From assembly GCA_900553755.1 (NCBI GenBank), contig USEX01000004.1, positions 1 through 62,850 on the forward strand: DNA of 62,850 nt, read 5' to 3'. Below are positions 39,949 through 48,840 of this stretch, one piece after another (the stretch's first letter is position 1; every line of letters begins with the position of its first letter). The translations under genes and the position numbers were made by a program. A model generated the notes under the pieces. It had not been told where the DNA came from, did no database searches, and saw nothing but the letters and a program-made list of their open reading frames with translations. This DNA is from an uncultured Clostridium sp. GTDB taxonomy: Bacteria; Bacillota; Clostridia; TANB77; CAG-508.

Positions 39949-41211
39949 ATGAAAGATTTTTTAGCTATAAGTTCTATAACTGGTTTAGAAGTTTTAGATT
40001 CAAGAGGAAATCCCACTATACAAGTTGAAGTTGTAACTGATGGCGGTTTTTGTGGAACAGCTATTGTACCTTCTGGTGCATCTACTGGAAGCTTTGAGGC
40101 TTGTGAACTTCGAGATAACGATCCAAGCAGATATGGTGGAAAAGGAGTTTTAACTCCTGTAGAAAACATTAAAAAAATTGCAAGAAAATTAGTTGGTTTC
40201 AATGTATATGAACAGAGAAAAATTGATGAATTACTAATTAAATTGGACGGAACCGATAATAAAAACAATTTAGGTGCAAATACAATATTAGGTGTTTCTT
40301 TAGCATGCTGTATAGCAGCTAGCAATTCTTTAGGCACTTCTTTATACTCGTACATTGGTGGAATTCAGGGAAATCAATTGCCTACGCCTATGATGAATAT
40401 ATTAAATGGTGGAAAACATTCAGATAATAATTTAAGTATTCAGGAATTTATGATTGTTCCTTACAATGCTTCCACTTTTTCTAAGAGATTAGAGATGGGC
40501 AGTGAAATTTATCATTCTTTAAAAAGCTTATTAAACTCTAAAAAGCTTTCCACTGCTGTTGGCGATGAGGGAGGCTTCGCACCAAATTTATCTTCAAACG
40601 AAGAGGCTTTAGATTTAATTGTAGACAGTATCAGAAAAGCTGGATATATTCCTGGCGTCGATGTTGGAATTGCCTTAGATGTAGCTGCCACTGAAATGTT
40701 TGATGAAGCAAAAAAGGCTAATAAAGAAGGATATTTATTCTGGAAAACTGGAGAATTAAAATCGGCTGAAGAAATGATAAGCTATTTAGAAGAATTGTGT
40801 AAAAATTATCCGATTATATCAATTGAAGATGGTTTATCTGAAGAAGATTGGAATGCTTGGAAACAGCTTACAGAAAAGCTAGGAAATAGTATAAAACTTG
40901 TTGGTGATGACTTATTTGTAACAAATATTAGCAGATTAAAAAATGGTATCGGTTTAAATGTTGCAAATAGTATTTTAATAAAACCAAATCAAATAGGAAC
41001 ATTAACTGAGACACTTGATGTAATTAATTTTGCTAAGGAGAATGGATATACAATTATTATCTCTCATCGTTCCGGAGAAACAGAAGACACAACTATTGCA
41101 GATTTAGCGGTAGCTACTAATAGTAAATATATAAAATCCGGTGCCCCTTGTAGAACAGACCGAGTTGCCAAATATAATCGATTACTAAATATAGAAAATG
41201 AGTTACAATAA
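39949..41211 (+). CDS. eno: Enolase (phosphopyruvate hydratase)
   Basis: [52 protein letters not shown] and [10 protein letters not shown] are present. The start is at MKDFLAI after a GGAGG RBS. Confidence 0.95.
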   Translation: MKDFLAISSITGLEVLDSRGNPTIQVEVVTDGGFCGTAIVPSGASTGSFEACELRDNDPSRYGGKGVLTPVENIKKIARKLVGFNVYEQRKIDELLIKLDGTDNKNNLGANTILGVSLACCIAASNSLGTSLYSYIGGIQGNQLPTPMMNILNGGKHSDNNLSIQEFMIVPYNASTFSKRLEMGSEIYHSLKSLLNSKKLSTAVGDEGGFAPNLSSNEEALDLIVDSIRKAGYIPGVDVGIALDVAATEMFDEAKKANKEGYLFWKTGELKSAEEMISYLEELCKNYPIISIEDGLSEEDWNAWKQLTEKLGNSIKLVGDDLFVTNISRLKNGIGLNVANSILIKPNQIGTLTETLDVINFAKENGYTIIISHRSGETEDTTIADLAVATNSKYIKSGAPCRTDRVAKYNRLLNIENELQ

Positions 41212-41218
41212 GCACTTA

Positions 41219-41252
41219 AAAAATCCGATAATTTAACTTATCGGATTTTTTG
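41219..41252. terminator. Bidirectional hairpin terminator between eno and the ftsZ-like gene
   Basis: AAAAAATCCGATAA..TTATCGGATTTTTT. Confidence 0.8.
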
Positions 41253-42248
41253 CTATATATTATATTTAATTATTTTTTGGTTTTCTTCTTCATCTATTCC
41301 AGTTGCAATTACTGTTACCATTATTGCATCATGTTGAATACTTTCGTCTACTATTGTACCAAAAATTATATTAGCTTCTGAATCTAAGTATTCCTTTATA
41401 AGTCCTACTGCAGTACTTACTTCGCTTAAGCCTAAATCAATTCCACCAGTAACGTTTACAATTAATCCTTTTGCACCATTTATTGATGTTGATAAAAGTG
41501 GGCTATCAATAGCTTTTTCTGCTGCTTCAATTGCTCTTTGGTCACCGCTTGCAATTCCAATTCCCATGTGTGCAACACCGCTATCTTTCATAATTGTTTT
41601 AACATCAGCAAAATCTATATTTATAAAACCTGGTATTGTAATTAAGTCTGTAATTCCTTGAACACCCTTTTTCAAAACTCCATCCGCTTCTCTAAATGCG
41701 TCTACCATTGTAGTTCCTTTTGATACAGTTTTTATTAGGTTGCTGTTTTCTACTACTATTAATGCATCAACGTTTTTTTTCATTCTTGCAATTCCGTTTT
41801 CTGCATTTTCTCTTCTTCTTTTTCCTTCAAACACAAATGGTTTAGTAACTATTCCAACTGTTAATATTCCCATATTTTTAGCTAATTCACATACTACAGG
41901 TGCAGCACCAGTTCCTGTTCCTCCACCCATTCCGGCTGTAACAAATACCATATCTGCTCCTAGCAACAATTTCTTTATATTTTCCTCATCTTCTCTTGCT
42001 GCCATTTCGCCTAATAAAGGGTTTGAACCTGCTCCTAGTCCTTTTGTAGTATTTTTTCCTATATGAAGTTGGGTATCAGCCTTTGATTGTGTTAAAGCTT
42101 GTTCTTCTGTATTTATTGCAATAAATTGTACATTTTGTATTCCTTCATCAATCATTCTATTTACTGCATTATTTCCAGCTCCACCTACACCAATAACTTT
42201 TATCTTTACTAAATCGTTGTTTAAATTTTCTTGTTCTGTATAAATCAT
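41253..42248 (-). CDS. ftsZ: FtsZ-family tubulin-like GTPase, short form (331 aa) lacking the C-terminal linker and conserved C-terminal peptide
   Basis: [18 protein letters not shown]7/T4 motifs GLGAGSNP and [17 protein letters not shown]. The protein ends 13 aa after the globular core (..[21 protein letters not shown]). Confidence 0.85.
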   Translation of the reverse strand: MIYTEQENLNNDLVKIKVIGVGGAGNNAVNRMIDEGIQNVQFIAINTEEQALTQSKADTQLHIGKNTTKGLGAGSNPLLGEMAAREDEENIKKLLLGADMVFVTAGMGGGTGTGAAPVVCELAKNMGILTVGIVTKPFVFEGKRRRENAENGIARMKKNVDALIVVENSNLIKTVSKGTTMVDAFREADGVLKKGVQGITDLITIPGFINIDFADVKTIMKDSGVAHMGIGIASGDQRAIEAAEKAIDSPLLSTSINGAKGLIVNVTGGIDLGLSEVSTAVGLIKEYLDSEANIIFGTIVDESIQHDAIMVTVIATGIDEEENQKIIKYNI

Positions 42249-42342
42249 ATTTTACGTCCTTTCCCATCTGTGCTATATGCTCTTTTTGCATATATATTAC
42301 TACTTTTTTTAGTATTAATCAACATTTTTTATTATTTATAGC

Positions 42343-43908
42343 CTATATTTTATTATTTTGTTGTTCGTTAGTCAACCTTTTTAAAATATTTTCTGCACAT
42401 TTAATTCCGTCTACAGCAGCAGATGTTATTCCTCCTGCATACCCAGCACCTTCCCCGCATGGATAAATTCCTTCTACATTAGCCATCAATGTTTCTGGAT
42501 TTCTTAATATTGTTACTGGTGAAGAACTTCTTGTTTCCACTCCTGTTAAAATGTTATCTTCATCTGCAAAGCCTTTAATTTTTCTATCAAAATAAACCAA
42601 TGCTTCCTTTAAAGTTGCAGTTACAAAATCAGGTAAAATTTCTTGCAAATTAGAAAGTGTAACACCTGGTAAATATGTTGGTTTAACTTTGCCTATCTTG
42701 GTAGATTTTCTATCATTAAAAAAATCTCCTACTTTTTGTATTGGAGCATAATAGTTTTCTCCTCCCAGTTTAAAAGCCTTCTCTTCTAATTCCTTTTGAA
42801 AATACATTCCTTCTAACGGCGAATCTCCATGGAAATCGTTTGGTGTTACATTTACTAGTATAGCACTATTTGCATTTTCTCCGTCTCTTGCAAACTTACT
42901 CATTCCATTTGTTACTATAGTACCTTCTTCACTTGAAGATGCAATTACACTTCCACCTGGGCACATACAAAAAGTGTAGCAATCTCTTTCTTTTCCGTGA
43001 TATGCTAATTTATATTCTGCAGGAGGAAGTTTTAATTTTGTTTTTTCTCCATACTGTGATTTATTTAGCATATCTTGCTTCTGTTCTATTCTTAATCCTA
43101 CCGAAAAATTTTTCCTTTGCATATTAATTTTCTTATTATACAAAGTCTCAAACATGTCTCTTGCACTGTGCCCTATTGCTAGTACAACTGTATTTGCCTT
43201 AATTTTTTTGCCACTTTCACAAATTATTCCTTTTATTTTGCCTTCCTCAATTTCTAAATCTTTTACTTTTTCTTGGAATAGAATTTCAGCACCATTATCT
43301 AGTAAATAATTTCTAATATTTTGCAATATTTTAACAAGATTATCAGTTCCTATATGTGGTTTATTAATATATCCTATTTCGCTTGGTGCTCCAAATTTTA
43401 TAAATGTTTCTATTACTTTTTTGCATAGTGGATTATGCAAGTTCGTTGTTAATTTGCCATCCGAAAATGTTCCTGCTCCACCTTCACCAAATTGAACATT
43501 AGATAGTGGGTTTAGCTTTCCATTTTTTATAAATTCTTCTACATCTTTCATTCTTTCTTCTACTTTTCTACCTTGCTCTACTATTATTGGCTTTACTCCA
43601 TTTTCAATTAATGATATTGCACAAAACAGCCCTGCAGGGCCAGCACCAACTATTACAACTGGCTCTTCAATATTTGTTACTTTAGGTCTAATAATTTCTT
43701 TTTCTTCTGGCTTGTCCGCTTCTTCTGATGTGCTAATTTCAATTGAATAAATATAATGCACATCATCTTTATTTCTAGCATCTACTGATTTTTTTAAGAT
43801 CTTATATTGCTTTGCCTTATTAAAATTAATTCTATTCTTCTTGCATGCATATTTAACAATTTCCTCTTCGCTTAAATCTTGCCTTATCTTAATATTTTCT
43901 AACTTCAT
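42343..43908 (-). CDS. FAD-dependent protein (COG2509-type uncharacterised dehydrogenase)
   Basis: VVIVGAGPAGLFCAISL, FGEGGAGTFSDGKLTT and YPCGEGAGYAGGITSAAVDG are present. Confidence 0.8.
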   Translation of the reverse strand: MKLENIKIRQDLSEEEIVKYACKKNRINFNKAKQYKILKKSVDARNKDDVHYIYSIEISTSEEADKPEEKEIIRPKVTNIEEPVVIVGAGPAGLFCAISLIENGVKPIIVEQGRKVEERMKDVEEFIKNGKLNPLSNVQFGEGGAGTFSDGKLTTNLHNPLCKKVIETFIKFGAPSEIGYINKPHIGTDNLVKILQNIRNYLLDNGAEILFQEKVKDLEIEEGKIKGIICESGKKIKANTVVLAIGHSARDMFETLYNKKINMQRKNFSVGLRIEQKQDMLNKSQYGEKTKLKLPPAEYKLAYHGKERDCYTFCMCPGGSVIASSSEEGTIVTNGMSKFARDGENANSAILVNVTPNDFHGDSPLEGMYFQKELEEKAFKLGGENYYAPIQKVGDFFNDRKSTKIGKVKPTYLPGVTLSNLQEILPDFVTATLKEALVYFDRKIKGFADEDNILTGVETRSSSPVTILRNPETLMANVEGIYPCGEGAGYAGGITSAAVDGIKCAENILKRLTNEQQNNKI

Positions 43909-43966
43909 TACATTCTCCTAAATATTTTTTACTTTTATATTATATCACAATCCTTAGTATATACAA

Positions 43967-44001
43967 AATAACTCTTTTGCTTTTATTCAAAAGAGTTATT
44001 T
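43967..44001 (-). terminator. Hairpin terminator downstream of the ZIP fragment
   Basis: AATAACTCTTTTG..(loop)..CAAAAGAGTTATT. Confidence 0.65.
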
Positions 44002-44009
44002 ATAAATTT

Positions 44010-44423
44010 CTAACCTAATGCTACATCTAAAATCATCATTATGATAAATCCTAATGTTAATCCCACTGTCCCTATATTTGCTTTTGGACCTTCTCTCATT
44101 TCCGGCACAAGCTCTGATGTTACAACATACATCATTGCACCAGCTGCGTATGATAATAAATATGGTAATATTGGAACTACAATTTCTGTTAAAAGAACTG
44201 TAATTATTGCTCCTATTGGTTCAACAATTCCTGACAATACACCTCGAAGGAAGGCTTTGCCTTTAGGCATTCCATCACTTTTTAATGGCATTGATATTAT
44301 TGCTCCTTCAGGAATATTTTGTATTGCTATTCCTATGGCTAATGCTAAAGCTCCGGCTATTGTTATTCCTGCATTTCCTATTATTAGACCTGCAAATGCA
44401 ACACCTACAGCCATACCTTCTGG
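44010..44423 (-). pseudogene. ZIP-family (ZupT/GufA-like) metal transporter, 3' half only
   Basis: Homology starts at ..PEGMAVGVAFAG (second half of the HNxPEG motif) and continues with ..IAIQNIPEGAIISMPL.. to the natural stop. The upstream codons (LFLYQ) are unrelated. No 5' half appears in the window. Confidence 0.75.
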
Positions 44424-44483
44424 TTGATATAAAAATAGGCAGTTTTGATTTTTATTTTTGACTAATTTTATATTAAATTAGCC

Positions 44484-46040
44484 TTATATTTTTTCTTTTA
44501 AGTTATTTAATTGTTTAAAATTGAAATATAAATCTACCTGTTTATCTTGATGTATCTCTATTCTATTAATAATTACTTTCACAATTTCTGATGTTGGTCT
44601 ATTTAGACTTATAAAATCTTGTACAACACTTTTTATTTTTTCCGTATCATCTTGTTTTGCTTCTTCTTTTTGCTGTTTAATTTCTATGTATTCTTTTTCT
44701 TTTTGCTTTATTTCATTTCTAAATTTTTTTAATAATCTCTCATACATTTCTTCACTTATTTTATTATTTAATTTGTCTACATACATTTGGTCAATATTGT
44801 TATTTATCAATTTTATTTCGTTTTCTAGTTTTTGAAGTACTTTCCCATAATCATATTTAGTCATTCCCTTTTTTACTTCTAATTCTATTTTTTCACTATC
44901 TATTTTTTTGAATAAATTTTTAATATAATTAATTACTGTATCTTCTAAATTAGAATAGCTAAAACCATGTGATGTGCAAAGTTTTAATTTTGAATTTCTG
45001 CGATAATTATTACATACCATATAGTAATTACCATTCTTTTTTCCTCTTACTCCTATTTTGTGTTTGCATTCGTAGCAAAAAAGTAAACCATCTAATAAAA
45101 ACATATTTTTCTTCTCATTTCTATTGTAATTTTGAACTATTACCATTTTTTGAACAGAATCAAATACTTTTTTATCTATTATCGATTCATGTGTATTTTC
45201 TACAACTATCCATTTTTCTTTTGGATTTTGTCTAATTTTTCTATTTTTATAACTTATTCTACTTCTTTTATTTTGTACAGTTATGCCTATATAAGCTTTA
45301 TTTTTTAATATGTTTTTTACTGTTTTATTGTCCCAAAAAGTCTCTTTATTGTATCTTGATTTATTTGCTGTTGGAATATTGCTATTGTTTAAGTAATCTC
45401 TTATTGCCCCAACTTGATTCCCTCTAGATGCCATATTAAAAATAGTCCTTACAATTTTTGCCTCTGGTTCATAAATTATTAACTTATTTTTGTCATTTGA
45501 ATCTTTTATGTATCCAAGTGGTGTTTTTCCACCTACCCATTTTCCCTGTTTCTGCATAGTGTGAAGTGCTGTTCTAATTTTTTTAGATAAATCTTTAGAA
45601 TACATATCATTTAATATTGATTTGAAAGGGGCTATATCATTATTACCATTTGATGTTTCAAAAGTATCTATTCCATCTGTTACTGAAACATATCTTACAT
45701 TATTTTCCGGAAACCATTTTTCTATATATTCTCCTGTTTCTATATAATCACGACCTAAACGGGATAAATCTTTTGTTACAACCATATTAATTTTTCCGTT
45801 TTCTATATCTCTTATCATTCTTTGAAAATCTGGTCTATTAAAATTTGTTCCAGTAAAACCTTGGTCTATATATGTATCTATTAATTGGTACTTCCATCCT
45901 AGTTTTTGAACATATTCTGTTAGTAATGTTCTTTGATTTTTTATACTTTCACTTTCATCATATCCTCTATCTACATCTTCTTTTGATAGTCTTATATAAA
46001 TTGCTACCTTGTATATTGTTTTTTCTATTTGTTTAAGCAT
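44484..46040 (-). CDS. Large serine recombinase (resolvase catalytic domain + recombinase domain + zinc-ribbon/coiled-coil)
   Basis: VAIYIRLSKED..ESIKNQ (catalytic Ser), VTKDLSRLGRD, LLDGLLFCYECKHKIG..YYMCNNY and a C-terminal coiled coil; 518 aa. Confidence 0.9.
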   Translation of the reverse strand: MLKQIEKTIYKVAIYIRLSKEDVDRGYDESESIKNQRTLLTEYVQKLGWKYQLIDTYIDQGFTGTNFNRPDFQRMIRDIENGKINMVVTKDLSRLGRDYIETGEYIEKWFPENNVRYVSVTDGIDTFETSNGNNDIAPFKSILNDMYSKDLSKKIRTALHTMQKQGKWVGGKTPLGYIKDSNDKNKLIIYEPEAKIVRTIFNMASRGNQVGAIRDYLNNSNIPTANKSRYNKETFWDNKTVKNILKNKAYIGITVQNKRSRISYKNRKIRQNPKEKWIVVENTHESIIDKKVFDSVQKMVIVQNYNRNEKKNMFLLDGLLFCYECKHKIGVRGKKNGNYYMVCNNYRRNSKLKLCTSHGFSYSNLEDTVINYIKNLFKKIDSEKIELEVKKGMTKYDYGKVLQKLENEIKLINNNIDQMYVDKLNNKISEEMYERLLKKFRNEIKQKEKEYIEIKQQKEEAKQDDTEKIKSVVQDFISLNRPTSEIVKVIINRIEIHQDKQVDLYFNFKQLNNLKEKI

Positions 46041-46112
46041 TGTTCCTCCCTTCTATGCTTGATAAAAACAATTTTAATTTAAGTTTTATTATATCTTATT
46101 TAAGACAAAATT

Positions 46113-46226
46113 TTAACGCTCAAAAATATCTTTTTTTAAGATATTAATTATTAAGTATTTTATTAATCCTTCTAACTCTTCACCTTTTTCATCGAAGTAT
46201 ATATTGATTTTGAAAGTTTCACTCAT
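46113..46226 (-). CDS. Possible small ORF (37 aa, MSETFKINIYFDEKGEELEGLIKYLIINILKKDIFER) upstream of the recombinase
   Basis: A GGGAGAG RBS-like sequence lies 8 nt upstream and a hairpin follows the stop. No homology recognised. Coordinates are +/-1. Confidence 0.25.
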   Translation of the reverse strand: MSETFKINIYFDEKGEELEGLIKYLIINILKKDIFER

Positions 46227-46441
46227 ATCAACTCACTCTCCCTATACTATATATACATCTGCTTTCTTATAAAAATTCTCCCTTATATTAAAATTTATTT
46301 TTTAATTTTTTAAATATGTCCTCAGCTGTTCATAAATAGTTTAAGGGTAGCTATGCGATAGTTTTTACTATCACACACCTACCCTAGTTAGTAAAATATC
46401 TATTAATAATTATTAGTTCTAATTTGCTTTTTGCAATTCTA

Positions 46442-48148
46442 TTATTTGATAATATTTTTTAATTCTTCCTGTCTTTTAACTTTTTTCGTTGATGTTTTAA
46501 TCAACTCTTCACTGCTTAAAAACATTTTTTGAATATGTTTATATTTAGGAAATGTTTTATTTAATTCTTTTATTTGTTCCCATATAATCTTGTATAATTC
46601 TTTTTCTGTTTTACCAGGATATTTCTCTGATACAATTTCTTTATCATATACTATCTTCACTGCTAATTTAACATCGTTTTTATCATCTTTTTCAGGTAAT
46701 CCAAATACCATTGATTCTAAAACTAATTCTTGTCTATTTAATATGGTTTCAATTTCCTCCGGAAATACTTTCTTACCATTTTTTAATACAATCATGTTTT
46801 TATTTCTTCCAGTAATATAAAGATATCCCTCTTCATCTTTATATCCTAAATCTCCTGTATAAAACCAGCCATCTTTTAAAACTTTATTTGTTTCTTCTTG
46901 CATTTCATAATAGCCCAGCATAACATTAGGGCCTTTAACTCTTATCTCTCCAATGTCATTTTCATCTTTGTTTACTATTTCTAGTTCAACATTTTTCATA
47001 GGAATTCCAATTGAGCCATTTTTCATGTGTTTATCATCTTCTGCTGCAATTACAGGTGATGTTTCAGTTAGTCCATACCCTTGAACCGTTTTAATTCCAA
47101 AATCATTAAACCCTTTTGAAATTAATGGATCAGCAGGAGCTCCTCCAGAAATAATAAATCTTAATTTTCCTCCTAAAGCATCTATTATTTGTTTAAATAA
47201 TTTTCTTCTAACATCTATATGAATTTTTTTAAATACCTTACTTATTTTCAGTGCACTATTAATAATCTCTGTTTTTCCTGTTTTATCTATTTCTTTCATT
47301 ATAGTTTTATAAATTGCTTCAACTAAAATCGGCACTCCAACAAACACCGATACTTTATACTCATTCAAATTTTTCTTTATATATCTTAATCCATCTGGGA
47401 ATACTGTCTTCGCTCCACATGCAAGCATTACAAGCATACATGTTGAGCCAAATATGTGATGAAATGGTAAAAAAGCAATATTTACATCAGTAGGTCTTAT
47501 GTCTTCACAAGTTTGTAAAGCATATACATTTGAAGCAATATTTCTTTGAGACAACATTACAGCTTTTGATTTTGAAGTAGTACCTGATGTAAACAGTAAT
47601 ATATTCATCTCATTATTCTTAATTTCAAAATTTACATATTCATTATTATTTCTAATTTGCTTTTTCCCTTCATTTATCAAATTAGATACTGTTTCATATC
47701 CACTAATATTTGACATGCATATGTAGTCTTTCAAATTTGTTTTATTATTTTTCTTTATTTCTTCAATTCTATCTACTATTTTTTCATCAAAAACGATGTA
47801 GTCTGCTTTGCTTCTTATTAAAGAATTTTCCAGTTCCTCTAACTGTAAATCCTTATCCAATGGTATAGATACTATTCCTCCAAGTAGATTAGCTAAATGA
47901 GTAACTATCCATTCATATCTATTTTTTCCTATTATCGCTACTCTTTTATTTTTTGCGCCTTTCAAATACATTGCTGTTCCTAATGCATTTATATCATCTA
48001 ATAATTCTTTATATGTAATATCCTGATATTTTATTTCTTTTTCATTCTGATGTTTAATTGTAAACGCAACATTGTCCTTATATATTTTAGCCGAGTTATA
48101 AATTATCTCTTTAATATTGTTAGATTCAATTATATCTTTGTTTTTCAT
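46442..48148 (-). CDS. AMP-dependent synthetase/ligase (long-chain acyl-CoA synthetase-like)
   Basis: LFTSGTTSKSKAVMLSQRN (AMP-binding motif), GYGLTETSP, YTGDLGY and the C-terminal K..KVKR are present. Confidence 0.85.
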   Translation of the reverse strand: MKNKDIIESNNIKEIIYNSAKIYKDNVAFTIKHQNEKEIKYQDITYKELLDDINALGTAMYLKGAKNKRVAIIGKNRYEWIVTHLANLLGGIVSIPLDKDLQLEELENSLIRSKADYIVFDEKIVDRIEEIKKNNKTNLKDYICMSNISGYETVSNLINEGKKQIRNNNEYVNFEIKNNEMNILLFTSGTTSKSKAVMLSQRNIASNVYALQTCEDIRPTDVNIAFLPFHHIFGSTCMLVMLACGAKTVFPDGLRYIKKNLNEYKVSVFVGVPILVEAIYKTIMKEIDKTGKTEIINSALKISKVFKKIHIDVRRKLFKQIIDALGGKLRFIISGGAPADPLISKGFNDFGIKTVQGYGLTETSPVIAAEDDKHMKNGSIGIPMKNVELEIVNKDENDIGEIRVKGPNVMLGYYEMQEETNKVLKDGWFYTGDLGYKDEEGYLYITGRNKNMIVLKNGKKVFPEEIETILNRQELVLESMVFGLPEKDDKNDVKLAVKIVYDKEIVSEKYPGKTEKELYKIIWEQIKELNKTFPKYKHIQKMFLSSEELIKTSTKKVKRQEELKNIIK

Positions 48149-48231
48149 TTCTGTCTCCCCTTTTGGTTATACATTTTTTATAACATATTTCTTATCAATT
48201 GTCTTTAATTTGGGAGGTCAGTACAAAAATT

Positions 48232-48804
48232 TTATGCGTTTTTACTTAATGTTCTTGTTACACTATCTATAAATCCTTTGTAAACGCTCTCCACATCTAC
48301 TTCTCTATTTTTCTTTAATCTATATAATAAGCTAGAAACCGTAACTCCAAATATAGCAGATGCCGTTGCTTCAACATCACTTTCATAAAATTCTCCATTG
48401 TCTATTCCTTCTTGCACAATTCCTTCCAGAATTTTTATATATTCAAAAACAGCACATTTACATTTCTGGCTTCTTTTCTCTGAACCCCATATCTGAGAAA
48501 GCACCACATTTACAAAATCTTCATATTTAAACATTACTTTTATTTCAATTAAAATTACTGCTTTTACTTTTTCTAATGCCGTATTGCATTTTTTTGTTTT
48601 AATCTCTACACTATTTTTTAATAAATCCATTCCCTCTTTGAGCATCGTATCAAATATATCTTCCTTTTTTGGGAAATGGTAGTATAAAGAGCCTTTGGCA
48701 ACGCCTGCCATAGCTGTTATCTCTTCTGTGCTAGCATTATCATATCCTTTTTCTGCAAATAATTTAACTGCAGTATTAAATATTTTCCTTTTAGTTTTAT
48801 TCAC
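48232..48804 (-). CDS. TetR/AcrR-family transcriptional regulator (GTG start)
   Basis: RKIFNTAVKLFAEKGYDNASTEEITAMAGVAKGSLYYHFPKKEDIF is an HTH motif. An AGGAGAAGG RBS precedes the start. Confidence 0.85.
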   Translation of the reverse strand: MNKTKRKIFNTAVKLFAEKGYDNASTEEITAMAGVAKGSLYYHFPKKEDIFDTMLKEGMDLLKNSVEIKTKKCNTALEKVKAVILIEIKVMFKYEDFVNVVLSQIWGSEKRSQKCKCAVFEYIKILEGIVQEGIDNGEFYESDVEATASAIFGVTVSSLLYRLKKNREVDVESVYKGFIDSVTRTLSKNA

Positions 48805-48840
48805 TTCACCTTCTCCTTTCGATTGCGCTCCTCCAGAAAC

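Noticed and set aside
39949-41211. Enolase as part of a mobile or duplicated segment because of its slightly divergent motifs (for example FEACELRD).
   Set aside because: All catalytic and metal-binding motifs are present and it has its own RBS and terminator. A paralogue cannot be assessed from one window, so this is not reportable.
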